NCBI GenBank assembly: GCA_049686815.1 | Contig: JBAVIK010000162.1 | Location: 1 to 43,258, forward strand | DNA: 43,258 nucleotides | Origin: Acidimicrobiia bacterium | GTDB taxonomy: Bacteria; Actinomycetota; Acidimicrobiia; Spongiisociales; ZC4RG35 | Direction: 5' to 3' | Shown here: positions 7,715 to 15,602 of the stretch, piece by piece | How positions within the stretch are numbered: position 1 is the first letter of the stretch | How the letters are laid out: the number at the start of each line of letters is the position of its first letter | Translations under genes and position numbers: made by a program | Notes under the pieces: model-generated | What the model was told of the DNA's origin: nothing | Databases searched by the model: none | What the model saw: only the letters and a program-made list of their open reading frames with translations

Positions 7715-8959
7715 ATGCGTTCGGCATTTCGTCGGGTTCTCGACCCTCTCCTGCCCGTCGCACACTTCACAAAATCAGATCGCCGCATTGTCTTCATCAT
7801 TTGGGTGGCGGGTGTGGTCCAGGGATTCGCCCAGTCTCAAGCAAGTGCCTCTCTCCCATTTACACGGGTGGGGCTTGGTCTGACGGAAGGCGAGATGAGC
7901 CTCATGTTGGGCCTGGCGCGCCTGGCAGCCTTCGCCGCCCTCCCCCTCGGCTGGCTTGGCGATCATCGCGGCCGTCGCAAACCATTTCTCTGGGCCATGA
8001 CCCTCATCGTCGCTGGTGGCTGCTTCGCCGGCCTGGTAAGCGAGGCGTGGCAGTTCGGCCTTTTCCATTCACTCTTGAGGACCGGAACCGCTGCGGTCTC
8101 CGGATTGGCCATCGTGATTCTCGCCGAGACCGTCAGCAAACGGATTCGGGCATATGCCATCTCCTTCTACGGTGCCGCCGTCTCACTCGGCAGTGGCCTG
8201 GCCTTGATGGCGATACCTCTCGGAGAAGGAGGTTCCCAGGCCTGGCGGATCCCCCATCTGCTGACCGGCTTGGGGTTTCTGTTGCTGCCCTTTCTGATCA
8301 AGAACGTTCCCGAAAGCGACATCTACATTGCGGAGCCTCAGGGCGGGCACTGGAGCGAGTTGGTGCGAGGACCGTGGGCCAGACGATTCTGGATAGTGGT
8401 CTCGGTTGGTTTCATGGCATCGGCGTTCGGAGCCGTTGGCGCAGCGTTCTCCACTGAGCGTCTGATAAATCAGGTCGGCATCGGAACCGGGACAACCGTT
8501 TGGGTCCTCCTGGTGGGTGGGACACTTGGTGGCATTGGGTTCTTCTTGGGAGGCCATATGGCAGATGCGTGGGGTCGACGACGAACGTCGGTCCTCGCCC
8601 TCCTGCTTGCCCTCGGCGGCGGGATCACTCTCTACTCGGTGGAATCGCTGCCGCTGATCGTCTTCGCCGCGATGGTCTCAGCGTTTGGCACCTTTGCATT
8701 CGTGCCTGCGGCAGGGTCCCATCGTGCCGAGTTGTTTCCAACGACACTCCGCGCCAGTGCCAACACTGCTGCATCCAACGGCGCCCTCGCCGGATCGGCT
8801 TTCGGTTTGATCATCGGGATTTACACGATCGACACTTTCGGCCTGACCAACACGATGCTCATCTTGGGTGTCGGGTTGGCCGTCGCAGCCTTCCTCACCC
8901 TCCTGCTGCCCGAAACCAAGGGTCAGGAGCTCACTGCGATTTCTGCGGATCGGCGATAG
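7715..8959 (+). CDS. MFS transporter
   Basis: ORF track, 414 aa. About 12 hydrophobic segments, with the motif-A-like loop GWLGDHRGRRKP after TM2. Confidence 0.85.
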   Translation: MRSAFRRVLDPLLPVAHFTKSDRRIVFIIWVAGVVQGFAQSQASASLPFTRVGLGLTEGEMSLMLGLARLAAFAALPLGWLGDHRGRRKPFLWAMTLIVAGGCFAGLVSEAWQFGLFHSLLRTGTAAVSGLAIVILAETVSKRIRAYAISFYGAAVSLGSGLALMAIPLGEGGSQAWRIPHLLTGLGFLLLPFLIKNVPESDIYIAEPQGGHWSELVRGPWARRFWIVVSVGFMASAFGAVGAAFSTERLINQVGIGTGTTVWVLLVGGTLGGIGFFLGGHMADAWGRRRTSVLALLLALGGGITLYSVESLPLIVFAAMVSAFGTFAFVPAAGSHRAELFPTTLRASANTAASNGALAGSAFGLIIGIYTIDTFGLTNTMLILGVGLAVAAFLTLLLPETKGQELTAISADRR

Positions 8960-10230
8960 CCAACCGCGAACACCGCCCCGCGAACAACCATCATTACCGC
9001 TAGCGCCCACCAGATGCCGTTGAGGTCGTCACCAAATGAGGTGAAGGTCATCATCGCGATGGCGACCGCGGCACCCAGCCCCGTTGATATCACCATTGTT
9101 CCAAGGGCCAGGAATCCAAGAAAGATCCCGTCGGCCACGAACACGGTCGCCGCCACTGGTTCCATGATCGCCGCTACACCACCGGCCGACACAGCCATCT
9201 GGCCCACCCCGGCGTCGTTGGTCAGCAACGGCAAACCATATCGGGCCACCCCGACGAAGACTGCGAGGACAATGCCCGCAGTCATCCCCCACCCGACGAG
9301 CCGGCGACTCAGCTCGTTGACTGAGCGGATATCTCCGGCCCCGGCGGTCTCGGCGACCATGGCCTGAGCTGCGATCGCAAAAGCATCCGCCAGAAGTGCG
9401 GACAGGAGGAACAGTTGGGCCACCAGCTGATGCGAAGCGATCTCTTCGGTGCCGATGCGCGTCGCTGTCGAAGCCGCAACTGTGAACGCCATCAATAGCA
9501 ATGCGGTCCGCGCCGTCAACATGACACCGTTCTTTCCGAGTGCAAAGAGTGAAGGCAATGCCTCGGTGAATCGGGACGGCCTGACCGCCATCCCTCGCCT
9601 CACGATAAGCCGCATGAAAAGGATGGCACCGACGAACTGGGCGACCACGGTGGCGATAGCTGCACCCTCCAATCCGAGCCCGACCCCGAACATGAGGACT
9701 GGATCGAGGATGAGATTCAGTCCATTCACGACCAGTGCGACCTTGAGAGGCGTGACGGTGTCCTTGTGACCTCGAAAGGCTCCGTGACCAACCGTCACCA
9801 CCAGTACGGCAACCGTGGAAAGAGCTCGGATTCTCAAGTAGCTGATCGCGGGCCCGGCAACTTCCGGGCCGGCACCCATGACGTCGACCAAGAAAGGGGC
9901 GAAGACGAGCAATATCACGGTAACGAGGAGTCCGAGCCCCACGGCGAGCAGCAATGCATCGCCTACCCATCTGCCGGCTTCGCCATGCTCACCTTTGCCC
10001 AAGGCGCGGGCCACCAGGGGCGTGACAACAGAGGCGAGAAAGTTGAAGAGAAAGAATGCAAAGGTGAGAATCGCCGCGTCGACACCAAGCGCCGCGAGCT
10101 CAGCGGTGCCGAGTCTCGCAACGAAAGCCGTGTCCGCCAGGGTGAGTAGAGGATCGATAGCCAGAGAGCCCAGCGCCGGCACAGCCAGGCCAAGAATTGC
10201 TTTGTCAGTCTTGCTGAGAGTGACCCTCAA
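8923..10230 (-). CDS. MATE-family efflux transporter (DinF/NorM-like)
   Basis: ORF track, 435 aa. 12 hydrophobic segments in two halves. The start overlaps the nth stop by 4 nt, and the 3' end overlaps the convergent MFS gene by 37 nt. Confidence 0.85.
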   Translation of the reverse strand: MRVTLSKTDKAILGLAVPALGSLAIDPLLTLADTAFVARLGTAELAALGVDAAILTFAFFLFNFLASVVTPLVARALGKGEHGEAGRWVGDALLLAVGLGLLVTVILLVFAPFLVDVMGAGPEVAGPAISYLRIRALSTVAVLVVTVGHGAFRGHKDTVTPLKVALVVNGLNLILDPVLMFGVGLGLEGAAIATVVAQFVGAILFMRLIVRRGMAVRPSRFTEALPSLFALGKNGVMLTARTALLLMAFTVAASTATRIGTEEIASHQLVAQLFLLSALLADAFAIAAQAMVAETAGAGDIRSVNELSRRLVGWGMTAGIVLAVFVGVARYGLPLLTNDAGVGQMAVSAGGVAAIMEPVAATVFVADGIFLGFLALGTMVISTGLGAAVAIAMMTFTSFGDDLNGIWWALAVMMVVRGAVFAVGYRRSAEIAVSS

Positions 10231-10919
10231 CTCGTCTTCTTCCCGGCGGCCTCATACCTCTCGGGCCATTCACAGATCCTGAACATCTCACACGAGCCAC
10301 ATTGTGGCGCTCTGGCGTCACAGACGTCTCTCCCGAATTGGATGAAACGCATGGAAAGCCCGGACCATTTCTCCGTGGGATATAGCGCCATCAGGTCGAG
10401 CTCGATCTTGGAAGGCTCGGTCTCTCGTGTGAGACCTAGTCTGTTCGACACCCTCCTGACATGAGTGTCAACTGCGATTGCAGGGATGTCCCAAACCTCG
10501 GCCAGAAGCACCGACGCGGTCTTGCGGCCCACACCTCGCAATTGGATGAGCTTGTCCATGTCGGCTGGCACCTCTCCGTCGTAAAGGTCCTCGAGGTCCT
10601 GCGCCAGCTTGATTATCGATTTCGTCTTTTGGCGGTAGAAACCGGTAGAGAAGACAATCTTCTCTACGTCTTCATGCCGTGCGTCAGCCAGCGCCGCCGG
10701 CGTCGGGTATCGCTCAAAGAGCTCCGGGGCCACCTTGTTGACGTTTTCATCGGTTGTCTGTGCCGAGAGGACAGTCACCACGAGAAGTTGCCATGCATCC
10801 GTGTAGTCGAGCGCTGTGGCGATGGTCCGGTATCTCACGGTCAGACGGTTGAGTACTGCTGTCGCTCTCCCCCGCTCTGCGGAACTTGGTCTTGTCCCAT
10901 CGGCCTTCTGTCCTGGCAT
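10227..10919 (-). CDS. nth: endonuclease III (DNA glycosylase/AP lyase)
   Basis: ORF track, 230 aa. HhH-GPD element LIQLRGVGRKTASVLL with the catalytic Lys, VDTHV, and the C-terminal 4Fe-4S ligands CDARAPQCGSCEMFRIC (C-X6-C-X2-C-X5-C). Confidence 0.93.
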   Translation of the reverse strand: MPGQKADGTRPSSAERGRATAVLNRLTVRYRTIATALDYTDAWQLLVVTVLSAQTTDENVNKVAPELFERYPTPAALADARHEDVEKIVFSTGFYRQKTKSIIKLAQDLEDLYDGEVPADMDKLIQLRGVGRKTASVLLAEVWDIPAIAVDTHVRRVSNRLGLTRETEPSKIELDLMALYPTEKWSGLSMRFIQFGRDVCDARAPQCGSCEMFRICEWPERYEAAGKKTS

Positions 10920-10962
10920 TCAAGTCATCGTATTGGGCTCGTGCCCACTTCCAGTTCGTGAC

Positions 10963-11238
10963 TTATCTGGTGACTTGATACGAGTCGTTCTGAAGACGGC
11001 GGGCAAGCCTCATGAGCAGTCGTATCAAGAGGACGACGACAAACAAACCAAATATCAAGGCGATCGCTAGCTCGGCAGCGGTCGAGTATGGCTTCTCGCA
11101 TGCTCCCAACCCTGCGGGGCATAGACCGTATCCGGTGCCTCCTCCGAGAAGGTCGACCAACACGAACAGCGGAATCGCGGCAAGTACCACGGCGCTGGCG
11201 CCGAGCAAGAAGACCGCTACGCGAATGAGGATCACCAT
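10963..11238 (-). CDS. hypothetical small membrane protein (91 aa, 2 TM, Cys pair in the loop)
   Basis: ORF track. Two long hydrophobic helices flank GGGTGYGLCPAGLGACEKP, and the C-terminus is basic. No SD and no family that I recognise. Confidence 0.5.
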   Translation of the reverse strand: MVILIRVAVFLLGASAVVLAAIPLFVLVDLLGGGTGYGLCPAGLGACEKPYSTAAELAIALIFGLFVVVLLIRLLMRLARRLQNDSYQVTR

Positions 11239-11266
11239 GAAGTAACGAAAAGCTAACCCGGGAGGT

Positions 11267-11290
11267 TTCCAAGGACATGGATTCCAAGGA
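11267..11290. repeat. 9-nt direct repeat TTCCAAGGA - 6 nt - TTCCAAGGA in the folA / small-membrane-gene spacer
   Basis: Read directly: 11267-11275 and 11282-11290 are identical, 15 nt start to start. The presence of the repeat is certain; its function is unknown. Confidence 0.5.
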
Positions 11291-11306
11291 AGCCACCGAC
11301 CGAATC

Positions 11307-11774
11307 TCAGACTCGTACGTAGGTCACGAACTCAAAGCCGGCGTGGGGTTCACGAGAAGATAGGTTCCACTGGCTCCAGTCAACAGGAGGGAACCACGTA
11401 TCGCCGCTTGGCTCCTGATCCACTTCGGTGAGCTCCATGACGTTGGCAATGGGGAGCATCTGTCGGTAGACCTCCTCACCGCCCGATACGAAGACATCCT
11501 GGCCTCGGGCCGAAGCAAGACCAATCGCTTCCTCGATTGAGCCGACCACATCGACTCCAATATGTCCCCAGTCTTCGCTACGGGTGAGAACGATGTTGGA
11601 TCGTCCTTCGAGCGGATGGCCAATCGACTCGAAGGTCGCCCTTCCCATCACCAGGGCGTGCCCCATCGTCATCCTTTTGAATCGGGCAAGATCCTCGGTG
11701 ATCTTCCACGGGAGATGACCGTCAACACCGATGACCCCATTGCGGCCCACGGCGGCAACGATCACGATTCGCAT
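11307..11774 (-). CDS. folA: dihydrofolate reductase
   Basis: ORF track, 155 aa. IVAAVGRNGVIGVDGHLPW, LARFKRMTMGHALVMGRATFESIG, VFVSGGEEVY. Lies 4 nt downstream of thyA. Confidence 0.9.
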   Translation of the reverse strand: MRIVIVAAVGRNGVIGVDGHLPWKITEDLARFKRMTMGHALVMGRATFESIGHPLEGRSNIVLTRSEDWGHIGVDVVGSIEEAIGLASARGQDVFVSGGEEVYRQMLPIANVMELTEVDQEPSGDTWFPPVDWSQWNLSSREPHAGFEFVTYVRV

Positions 11775-11778
11775 GGGC

Positions 11779-12576
11779 TCAGACTGCGATGGGTGCCCGG
11801 ATCGAAGGGTGAGGGTCGTAGTTCAGAACTTCGACATCGTCTATGACGAAATCGTCGATTGCTTTGCGTTCAGGATTGAGTCTGAGGGTGGGAAGTGGTC
11901 TCGGGTCGCGTTCCAATTGAAGCCGGGCCTGCTCCAAATGGTTGACGTAGAGGTGGGTGTCGCCAAGCGTGTGGACGAAATCACCAACTTCAAGCTCACA
12001 AACTTGGGCCACCATGTGAGTCAGCAAGGCATACGACGCAATGTTGAAAGGCACCCCGAGGAACACGTCCGCCGACCGCTGATAGAGCTGACAGCTCAGC
12101 CGGCCGTCGGCCACATAGAACTGAAACAGAGTATGACAAGGTGGCAACGCCATGTCATCGACGTCGGCTACGTTCCAAGCGCTGACAATGTGCCTGCGTG
12201 AGTTTGGCCAGTCTTTGATCGATTGAACGACCCTTTCAATTTGATCGATGTGCCTGCCGTCAGGTGTTGGCCACGACCTCCACTGGTAGCCATAGATCGG
12301 GCCAAGCTCACCCTGCCCGTCGGCCCATTCGTCCCAGATCGTCACCCCCTGTTGTTGGAGCCATTCGACATTGGTCGAGCCTTTCAAGAACCAGAACAAC
12401 TCACCGACGACCGACCGAAGATGCACCTTCTTCGTGGTGACTACGGGGAAGCCTGCCGATAGATCAAATCGCATCTGGTGACCAAAAACCGACAAGGTGC
12501 CTGTCCCGGTGCGGTCTCCCTTCTCAACGCCCTCAGCGAGCACTCGAGTCAGCAGGTCGTGGTACTGGCGCACCAC
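11779..12576 (-). CDS. thyA: thymidylate synthase (ThyA type)
   Basis: ORF track, 265 aa. Catalytic Cys in [40 protein letters not shown]. Confidence 0.95.
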   Translation of the reverse strand: MVRQYHDLLTRVLAEGVEKGDRTGTGTLSVFGHQMRFDLSAGFPVVTTKKVHLRSVVGELFWFLKGSTNVEWLQQQGVTIWDEWADGQGELGPIYGYQWRSWPTPDGRHIDQIERVVQSIKDWPNSRRHIVSAWNVADVDDMALPPCHTLFQFYVADGRLSCQLYQRSADVFLGVPFNIASYALLTHMVAQVCELEVGDFVHTLGDTHLYVNHLEQARLQLERDPRPLPTLRLNPERKAIDDFVIDDVEVLNYDPHPSIRAPIAV

Positions 12577-12646
12577 GCCATCGTATCTTCGATGCTGCCC
12601 GGTGAGTTGACAATCGAACTTCTTCGTTTCGCGCTCTAGCCAGAGT

Positions 12647-12652
12647 TAACGT
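12647..12652 (+). promoter_or_regulatory. candidate -10 hexamer TAACGT, 6 nt before the ATG of the 72-aa ORF (leaderless-type arrangement)
   Basis: Plus strand reads agagt TAACGT cgctcc ATG. Matches TANNNT, and there is no SD. Confidence 0.3.
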
Positions 12653-12658
12653 CGCTCC

Positions 12659-12877
12659 ATGGCTGAATTCGACATCGACGCAATGATCAAACGGTTCCGC
12701 GATCGGGCCCAGGCTGTCAAGGACCGGCCTCTACCTCCAGTTGCCGGCGAGGAGCGCCAGAAATTCATCAATCAGGCGCAGGTCGACTACACCGATTACG
12801 CCCTTGTCGCTAACGCAACCTGGACGGTTGAGGAGGGCTACCTGTTGCTCCAGATCCCGCTCAGCTCCCAGCAGTAG
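12659..12877 (+). CDS. hypothetical 72-aa protein heading the ATPase-pair operon
   Basis: ORF track. Third-position G/C-rich codons like the neighbouring genes. Ends 15 nt before the next gene. No family motif recognised. Confidence 0.45.
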   Translation: MAEFDIDAMIKRFRDRAQAVKDRPLPPVAGEERQKFINQAQVDYTDYALVANATWTVEEGYLLLQIPLSSQQ

Positions 12878-12892
12878 ATCGGCATCGAGTCG

Positions 12893-13738
12893 ATGCTCGA
12901 CAAACGACTGGTCATCGTGTCCGGCAAGGGAGGTGTCGGGAAATCCGCTGTGGCGGCAGGCCTTTCTCTGCTTGCCCAACGCCACGGGCTCCGCGTCCTG
13001 GCAGTCGAAATGGGGTCACCCGGCGGGCTCTCTGCTCATTTCTCGACTGACCCGCTCGACTTCCAGCCCCGGGAAGTTCGTCCCGGTCTCCATGCGATGC
13101 GGATCGTGCGGTCTCAGGCCTTGCTCGAGTATCTGTCCTTGCAACTGAGACTTCCAGGAATGGGTCGATTTGGCCCTGTGGCTCGCGCCTTCGACGCACT
13201 GGCGACCGCAGCACCAGCGATCCGGGAGATCATCACCATCGGAAAGATCCTATGGGAGGTAAAAGAAGACCGATGGGACATAGTGGTTGCGGATGCTCCG
13301 CCGACCGGTCAGATCGGCTCATACATCCGCGCCCCAATCTCGATCTCTGAGTTGGTGCCCACCGGTCGCGTACGCGCTCAGTCGGAGTGGATGGAGGAGA
13401 CCCTGTCGAATCCGGCGACTACTGCCATGGTCCTCGTCACCATCCCCGAGGAGCTCCCCAGTTCAGAGACCCTAGAGACGATCGATTGGCTGGCCCGCGA
13501 GGATTTGGTGCCGCCGCCGACCGTCCTCAACAATCGTGTCCTTCCGAAGTTGATGGATCGGTCTACACCTTCCGGAACGGTCGGTGAGATGGCGCGAATG
13601 CATCGCTCAATCTGGCACGAACAACAGGTTTGGTTGAAACGAGTGCCACACGATCTCGAGTTGCCATACATGTTCGGATTGTTCACTCCGGGAGAAGTCG
13701 CAGCTCACATGAGTGACGAACTGGAAGCCATCGCATGA
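12893..13738 (+). CDS. ArsA/Get3-like P-loop ATPase, Rv3679 (BagA)-like member of a heterodimeric pair
   Basis: ORF track, 281 aa. Deviant Walker A GKGGVGKS (aa 11-18) and the ArsA-type switch motif VVADAPPTGQIGSYI. Confidence 0.85.
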   Translation: MLDKRLVIVSGKGGVGKSAVAAGLSLLAQRHGLRVLAVEMGSPGGLSAHFSTDPLDFQPREVRPGLHAMRIVRSQALLEYLSLQLRLPGMGRFGPVARAFDALATAAPAIREIITIGKILWEVKEDRWDIVVADAPPTGQIGSYIRAPISISELVPTGRVRAQSEWMEETLSNPATTAMVLVTIPEELPSSETLETIDWLAREDLVPPPTVLNNRVLPKLMDRSTPSGTVGEMARMHRSIWHEQQVWLKRVPHDLELPYMFGLFTPGEVAAHMSDELEAIA

Positions 13739-14775
13739 CTTCCTCAATTCTGGTCACAGGGGCCGGTGGGGTCGGGAAGACGACCATCGCTGCAGCAATG
13801 TCGGTGCATGCGGCGAGGGCAGGTCTCCGCACTCTCGTGGTGACTGTGGACCCAGCACGACGACTCGCCGCGGCACTCGGAGTTGAAGACCTAGGAGACG
13901 AGCCGCAACCGCACAAGGACGAGCCTTTGCTGTGGGCGGCGATGCTCGATGCCTCGGCCTCTTGGCGAGCGGTCGCAGAACGTCATGCCGACCCGAAGGT
14001 GGCGGAGAGACTCGTCGAAAACGAGTTCTTCATCGCCGCCTCAGAGCATTTCCCCGCATCCCAATCGTATGCGGCGGCGGACCAGGCTGCGACTTTCGTC
14101 CAGGCGCGGGCGTGGGACCTGGTGATTATCGACACTCCGCCATCGGGAGGAGGCATCGACTTCTTCACGGCACCGTCCCAGATGGCTGACCTGGTTGGCG
14201 GAAGGCTGCTCAGGTGGATCACGGGAGGACCTCTCCCCGGCAGGAGATTCTTCTACGACCGGGCCGCGAGACCGATGCTGAGGGTGGCTGACTCGATTCT
14301 CGGCTCCGACCTTCTCGAACGAGTCTCAGAGTTCCTACTCGACCTTCGCACTACGTACGACGGTGTTGCCGCACGGGGAAGGGAGATCGAGAAGGTAATC
14401 GGCGAATCGGCGATTGTGGTCGTGACAACAGCCGACCCAGCCCCGGTTCGCGAGGCGGTTCGGTTCTACCGGGAACTTCCGGCGCTGGCGAACACACCTC
14501 GAGCAGTGATTTTCAATCGGGCCCTCCCCGACGCATGGATCGATCCTCAGTTCGATGACGATCTTTCAACGGAGCTACGCGACCTGGCTGGCATGTGGAG
14601 TCTGGAGACACTGAGACAGCACGACACCCGTGAGGAATTCGCTGCACGGCATGGTGCCGTCGTGGCCACGGTTCCGCTCACCTCCAGTCCCCCAAACGAC
14701 TTTGATGACCTGTTCGATCTGCTGGCTCGGGCCGCAGACATCCCCTGGTCGAGCCTTGGCATGACCGAGGCTTAG
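13735..14775 (+). CDS. ArsA/Get3-like P-loop ATPase, Rv3680 (BagB)-like partner
   Basis: ORF track, 346 aa. Walker A GAGGVGKT lacks the signature Lys. Also TVDPARRLAAALG and IIDTPPSGGGIDFFTAP. ATGA overlap with the preceding gene. Confidence 0.85.
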   Translation: MTSSILVTGAGGVGKTTIAAAMSVHAARAGLRTLVVTVDPARRLAAALGVEDLGDEPQPHKDEPLLWAAMLDASASWRAVAERHADPKVAERLVENEFFIAASEHFPASQSYAAADQAATFVQARAWDLVIIDTPPSGGGIDFFTAPSQMADLVGGRLLRWITGGPLPGRRFFYDRAARPMLRVADSILGSDLLERVSEFLLDLRTTYDGVAARGREIEKVIGESAIVVVTTADPAPVREAVRFYRELPALANTPRAVIFNRALPDAWIDPQFDDDLSTELRDLAGMWSLETLRQHDTREEFAARHGAVVATVPLTSSPPNDFDDLFDLLARAADIPWSSLGMTEA

Positions 14776-14786
14776 TCTGACGTCCC

Positions 14787-15602
14787 ATGAACCGAGCTGC
14801 CGCTTTCTTCGATCTCGACCGAACACTCATCAGTGGGGCGTCGCTATACCCGCTGGGGGTTCAGGCGTGGCGTGAGGGCCTCGCATCCAATTCTGATGTA
14901 GCCAAGTGGGCGACTTCGGCCCTCGCTTTCATAATCTTCGGTGACAAAGACGGCGACAGCTCCGATGACATGCGCAACGTCTTGAGCCAGATAGCCGGGG
15001 CCTCCGTGTCCTCGATGGATGCACTCGGCGCGGCGGTCCTTCCCCATCTCACGAACAAGGTTCGACCCGAAGCCCGGAAGCTCATCCATTTGCACCACGA
15101 AGCCGGCCGGGACACTTGGATCGTGTCGGCCAGTCCCCAGAAGATCGTCGAGCCACTTGCCGCGGTCCTCGGAATGACTGGGGCCATCGGAACCCGGGGA
15201 GAGATCATCGACGACTATTACACGGGTGAGCTCGACGGGCCTTTTGTCTATGGGCCCGGCAAGGCCGAGGCGATCGAGAAGCTCGCATCCGACCGGAACT
15301 ACGAACTGGCCCTTTGCTACAGCTATTCGGACTCGATTTCAGACTTGCCGATGCTCGATGTGGTCGGTCACCCGGTTGCTGTGAACCCCGACTCCGAGCT
15401 CTATTCGGTTGCCCGCGAGCGAGGATGGCCCATCGTGATATTTTCGAGGAAGGTGAAGAAGGCACTTGCCTTTGGGGGTGTCGGGACCGGAACCATCGTC
15501 GCCTCGATCGTGGCCTACGCACTCGGACGGCACCACGGTCGGGCCTCCGCCCTGGCTCAGATGGCGTTGCGGCAGCTCGAGGAGGGCTCCACCCCTAGAT
15601 GA
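14787..15602 (+). CDS. HAD-IB family hydrolase (SerB-like phosphatase fold) with a C-terminal hydrophobic anchor
   Basis: ORF track, 271 aa. Motif I FFDLDRTLI, motif II VSASP, motif IV YSDSISDLPML, and the C-terminal segment FGGVGTGTIVASIVAYALG. Confidence 0.85.
   Translation: MNRAAAFFDLDRTLISGASLYPLGVQAWREGLASNSDVAKWATSALAFIIFGDKDGDSSDDMRNVLSQIAGASVSSMDALGAAVLPHLTNKVRPEARKLIHLHHEAGRDTWIVSASPQKIVEPLAAVLGMTGAIGTRGEIIDDYYTGELDGPFVYGPGKAEAIEKLASDRNYELALCYSYSDSISDLPMLDVVGHPVAVNPDSELYSVARERGWPIVIFSRKVKKALAFGGVGTGTIVASIVAYALGRHHGRASALAQMALRQLEEGSTPR

Noticed and set aside
7713-7729. Hairpin AAATGC-gttcg-GCATTT enclosing the MFS start codon
   Set aside because: It is only 6 bp and AT-rich, well within chance for this window. 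There is no supporting conservation information.
12577-12658. TTGACA at 12607-12612 as a -35 for the 72-aa ORF/ATPase operon
   Set aside because: No acceptable -10 lies at 16-19 nt spacing. The TAACGT hexamer next to the ATG is a better candidate.
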